A stretch of DNA of 64,000 nucleotides from Squalus acanthias. Lineage: Eukaryota. The position numbers were made by a program, and so were the translations under genes. The notes beneath the pieces are model-generated. The model made no database searches. It worked only from the letters and a program-made list of their open reading frames with translations, and was not told the DNA's origin. The stretch spans positions 2,232,001 through 2,296,000 of the forward strand of contig JASTWF010000034.1 in NCBI GenBank assembly GCA_030390025.1. The letters run 5' to 3'. Below, piece by piece: positions 62,656 to 64,000 of the stretch. Position 1 is the first letter of the stretch; the number at the start of each line of letters is the position of its first letter.

Positions 62656-64000
62656 TTGATGGAACAGGGTAGAGGGAGCTATACTTTGTATCTAAACCGT
62701 GCTGTATCTGCCCTGGGAGTGTTCGATAGGTCTTTGTAGAGGGAGCTTTACTCTGTACCTAACCCGTGCACTACCTGCCCTGCGAGTATTTAATGCTACA
62801 GTGATGAGGGAGCTTACTCTTTCAAAACAGTGCTGTACCTGCCCTGGGAGTGTTTGATGGGACGGTGTAGAGGGAGCTTTACTCTGTATCTAACCCTGTG
62901 CTGTACCTGCCATGGTACTGTTTGATGGGACAGTGCAGAGGGAGTTTTACGCTGTATCTAACCCGTGCTGTACCTGCCCTCGGAATATTTGAAGGATCTT
63001 TGTAGAGGAAGCTTTACTCTGTATGTAACCCGTGCTGTATCTTCCTGGGAATATTTGAAGGGACAGTGCAGAGGAAGCTTTACTTTGCATCAATCCCTGT
63101 GCTGTACCTGCCCTGAGAGTGTTCGATAAGTCTTTGTAGAGGGAGCTTTACTCTGTACCTAACCCGTGCACTACCTGCCCTGCGAGTATGTAATGCTACA
63201 GTGATGAGGGATTTTTACTCTTTCAAAACAGTGCTGTACCTGCCCTGGGAGTGTTTGATCGGACAGTGTAGATGCAGCTTTACTCTGTATCTAACCCGTG
63301 CTGTACCTGCCCTGGGAGTGTTTGATGTGACAGTGTAGAGGGAGCTTTACTCTGTATCTAACCCCGTGCTGTACCAGCCATGGGGCTTTTTGATGGGACA
63401 GTGTAGAGGGAGCTTTACTCTGTGTCTAACCGGTGCTGTACCTGCCCTGGCAGTTTTTGATACGACAGTGTAAAGGGAGCTTTACTCTGTACCTAATCCA
63501 TGCATTACTTGCCGAGAGTGTTTGAGGGGACAGTGTAGAGGGAGCTTTATTCGGTATCTAACACGGGCTGTACCTGCCTGAGAAAGTTTGATGCGACAGT
63601 TTAGAGGAAGCTTTACTCTGTATCTAACCCGTGCTGTACCTGCCCTGGGAGTGTTTGATGGGACAGTGTAGAGGGAGCTTTACTCTGTATCTAACCCGTG
63701 CTGCACCTGCCCTGGGAGTGTTTGATAGGACAGTGTAGAGGGAGCTTTACTCTGTATCTAACCCCGTGCACGACCTGCCCTGCGAGTGCTTGATGAGGCA
63801 GTGTAGAGGGAGCTTTACTCTGTACCTAACCCGTGCACGACGTGCCCTGCGACTGTTTGATGGGGCAGTGTAGAGGGAGCTATACTCTGCATTTTACCTG
63901 TTCTGTACCTGCCCTGGGAGTGTTTCATGGGACAGTGCAGAGGGATCTTTACTCTGTAACTAACCTATGCACTAACTTCCCAGCGAGTGTTTGATGGGAC
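62656..64000 (+). repeat. 67/68-bp minisatellite, copy 2
   Basis: Matches 38315 onward. Confidence 0.95.

Larger units (their letters stand above)
48481..64000 (+). repeat. Second copy of a ~24.34 kb tandem segmental duplication (matches 24138-~39659; runs off the window)
   Basis: All ORFs recur at an offset of 24343-24341 (24890/49233, 29739/54081, 38066/62407) with only scattered substitutions and 1-bp indels. Confidence 0.97.

Overview
Repeat-dense vertebrate genomic DNA, most likely from a cartilaginous fish (inferred from the abundant CR1 LINEs, a tRNA/Deu-domain SINE, and the type of GPR139-like receptor and C2H2 zinc-finger exon). Main content: (1) nested CR1, L2 and Penelope retroelement fragments and at least seven minisatellite families; (2) an apparently intact two-exon GPR139/GPR142-like class A GPCR (15110-15200 + 23171-24072, 330 aa) whose 8 kb intron holds a broken, tandemly duplicated PIF/Harbinger transposon; (3) a complete, apparently intact autonomous PIF/Harbinger transposon (29320-33339) with imperfect TIRs, a TAT target-site duplication, a DDE transposase and a convergent three-exon Myb/SANT gene; (4) a near-identical ~24.34 kb tandem duplication (24138 onward repeated from 48481 to the window end) that copies the Harbinger and starts in an array of YY1-motif repeats; (5) a zinc-finger pseudogene exon and an unexplained promoter-plus-two-exon cassette present three times. 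Retroelement and minisatellite boundaries are approximate. All comparisons were made by eye; no searches were run.
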